From contig QPMI01000058.1 in the NCBI GenBank assembly GCA_004431415.1, forward strand, positions 62,001 through 126,000: DNA of 64,000 bases, read 5' to 3'. Source of the DNA: Cyanophora paradoxa CCMP329. Its lineage: Eukaryota > Plantae > Glaucophyta. Every line of letters starts with the position of its first letter. The first letter of the stretch is position 1. Under the pieces are notes generated by a model. That model was given only the letters and a program-made list of their open reading frames with translations, was not told the origin of the DNA and ran no database searches. The position numbers were made by a program, and so were the translations under genes. Positions 61,494 through 64,000 of the stretch are shown here, piece after piece.

Positions 61494-63234
61494 GTACTGT
61501 AAGTCGGGAAATATTTAGTATATACATGCAGGGTACTGCCAGCTAGGCTGGATCTTTAATTACAGTGTACGTACCAAAGTTTTGAGGGCTGATTACTAAA
61601 TATTTACCGTATATTAAACATGAATCGCCGTGCAAGCTGGGGGGTACGTAGCTCTGTCGACGTCGCGTCGGCGCCGCCGTAAGTAGCTATATATAGCCCT
61701 GCGCCGGCGCCGCGCCGGCTCCGCCGAAGGGAGCGCAGAAGCGCGCGGCGTCGCCGCTGATCATGATCGAGCCGCTGATCATGATCATGAGCTCGAGCGA
61801 CTAGTATCCTAGCCGCCCGCCGGGCTGGCCACGCCTTGCAATTGGCCATGGCCTGATCATGATATCGATCGCCGAGTCGCGATTTCGATGCGTCGACGTC
61901 CGCCGACTCGGCGACGGGGGGCCGGGGCCCGGCCGCGCGCGGGCGCACCAGCGCTAGCGCTAGCAGCTGCAGACCGCGGGTAATTTAAACCGGCCTCGGG
62001 ATTACTAATTATAAATATTTTGGGGTCTTAAATATTACCCGAATTACATTAGTGTGAAAGGCACTGATCGCGATTCGCGATTCGCGACCGAAACGATCGC
62101 AACCGTTGATGTCGGACTCACTGACTCAATCGGCCTCCTGTGTCACGTGCACAGAACCAATCGCCATCCCGCGAAAGCGATCGCAAGTTGATTCGCAATT
62201 CCGAAACTTCGCGAGCTCACGCATTGAGTCACAGTGAGTCAGACGGTCTCAGACCTTCTTAGAAGCTAAAAAACAAAAACCTCAGATCAACCTTGAATGA
62301 AGAACTGTCTCACCAAGAGTCAATGCGATATTCGATGAATGCCGATCGCGAGTAGAAATGCCGATGCCGGATCTGTGAATTCGAAATTCGAATCGCATGT
62401 TTTTTTCAGGATAGCCCAATTCTTGGGCGATGATGTTATTTTCAGTTAGCTAACTTCATCGTATGCACTACCGGTTCGGACTGGGCCGAACTCTGGGTCA
62501 GCTCATAACCTGTGGCCGCTACACAGGGATAGGCGCTTCGACGCTAACTAGAAGCGTTCAGGGTGGGGGAGAGCTTGGGCGGGGTGTCCTACTTGGGCTC
62601 GCGTCGGCGGTGCGTGGTCTGTTGGGGGGGGTGGGGGGGTAGGGTGGGGTGGGGGGGTAGTACAGGCCTAGGGCGGTTGCACATCCCCCTATCTTTGGGC
62701 GTGAGGGGCGCGGGGCGGGTGTCCCGGGGAGCCGGGATGGGGCTAGGTACGCAGGAGGGAGGTGAGCACGGGCTAAGTGGGGGCCCTGCGGGGCCGGGGC
62801 TAAGGTGCGGGGCGAGTGGCGTGGGTGGCTTGAGCAGTGGTCGTGAGCGGGCGCCTGGCTTTGCTTCACAGAGCATACAGGACAGCTGAGTGTCTCACCC
62901 TTAAAAGGAGAGCGAGGCCGTAGGGCCGCTCTCCGGGAGCGCCGTTGGCTGGCCGGGTCGCTTTGCTGGTGCCGCCGCGCCCGCCAGCATGCCCTCGGTT
63001 TTGCCCAGGTTGAGCGAGGAGCCGTTGTATTTCCCCGCTTTCTGATGGCATCACTGAATTCGCACACACCGAGACAGTACAGCTAGTGATGTAACTGGGG
63101 TGTCTGACTGTGTCATGTCGAAAGGTAACAATTTAGGCTAAGGCGCAATGCTAGCCATCAGAAACCGGACAGGGTGGAGCTATTGTACTGAGGAAAGCGA
63201 CCTACACACACCTAGCAACGCTACTTACTCCTAC

Positions 63235-64000
63235 CTAGAGAGCCAAATCAGGACAGAGCAACCATAACCCCCCCTCAAGACGTGGGAGCCTACAGGAGAG
63301 AACCCAGGTATAAGCGAGGATATGGGGTTGGAGCCGCGCAGCCTGAACTATAGCCCTCCATCTGATAGGGAAGATGCACACTAAGGGAACAAAGCCAGCT
63401 AACCCCAGGGAGGGCCGGAAACCGGAGCCCGTGAGAGCCCGGGTGAAAACCGGCGGGCGCACAGCGTCGCCAGCCGAGACCAGCAAGCTGTGCTCCTCGG
63501 CCGAGAGATACCTCCTCCAGCTGGCGCGCGTGCGCACGCGGAATCCGCTGCGGCGGGGGTTGGGAGGCCCCGGGCCGCCCGAGTGCTCAGAAGCACATCG
63601 CCTCGCCAGGAATCCAAGCATCTGTGCGGCCGCGACGCCCACGGCCGCGACGCGGGCGTGCACTCACACGACCGACGATCATCTGCGCGGGCGCAGCGCA
63701 GGTCGCCGACCCCATAGCCGCGGGCGGCCGATCGCTACCGCAGAGAAGTGCTTGGGCTGAACGAGAGAGCAGCTGCTAAAGCCGCCGCTGGTGTCCGCTG
63801 GAGTGGCTCGCCGAACCGACCCACGGAGCGGATTCCTAACGGACGCGCGGCTAACCAGCTAAAGGAGGGATGGAGGCGCCGCCGAGGCGATTCGCGGCAG
63901 CCGGAGAGGCGCCCAGCGGGCAGGAGCCCGCCACCTACTTTCTCTCCAGGTCGGGGTACGCGAATCCGCTTTCTGATACTTAGCTATGGTCTTCTTGACC
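63235..64000 (-). mobile_element. Possible decayed 3' end of an RLE-type non-LTR retroelement
   Basis: Broken minus-strand fragments KKTIAKYQ ... AAAQMLGFLARRCA ... ASWRRYLSA loosely resemble RLE C-termini. No RT domain is visible in the window. Confidence 0.2.

Noticed and set aside
62496-62512. CTCATAACC resembling a tRNA-Met anticodon loop
   Set aside because: There is no acceptor stem or T-arm in the correct spacing.

Overview
This is GC-rich, intron-dense eukaryotic DNA from a protist or alga. Most introns are ~55-70 nt GT-AG, with frequent GC-AG. Gene models were assembled by hand across introns, so boundaries are approximate. Left arm: F-box/beta-helix gene (partial), RPN2, a GATA factor, a type I membrane protein, TMEM230-like, RPC9/CRCP and a twin-CX9C gene. 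The central ~27 kb block (16.3-43.3 kb) looks inverted. Both breakpoints carry inverted duplications (11.6-12.3 kb = 42.6-43.3 kb; 16.3-21.3 kb = 43.5-48.7 kb), and one copy of every duplicated gene is broken. The most striking gene is a 14.6 kb multi-exon fusion on the minus strand (35618-21024). It joins a complete bacterial-style caspase domain (FYFSGH...LDTC), an Upf1/Sen1-type SF1B helicase, a possible RelE-like module, a TRANK1-type UvrD-like helicase and TPR-like repeats, and is a candidate nucleic-acid sensor coupled to a protease effector. The window also contains a lipase, an mTERF, a HAPSTR1-like gene, an F-box/LRR gene, a LamG-TM-RING-H2 ligase, a gene with four highly diverged AP2-like repeats, a Helitron-like 3' end and two MITEs. 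Unusual sequence textures include introns inflated by copies of their own splice junctions, chains of overlapping palindromes, and G-run/GTAC/C-run polarity.
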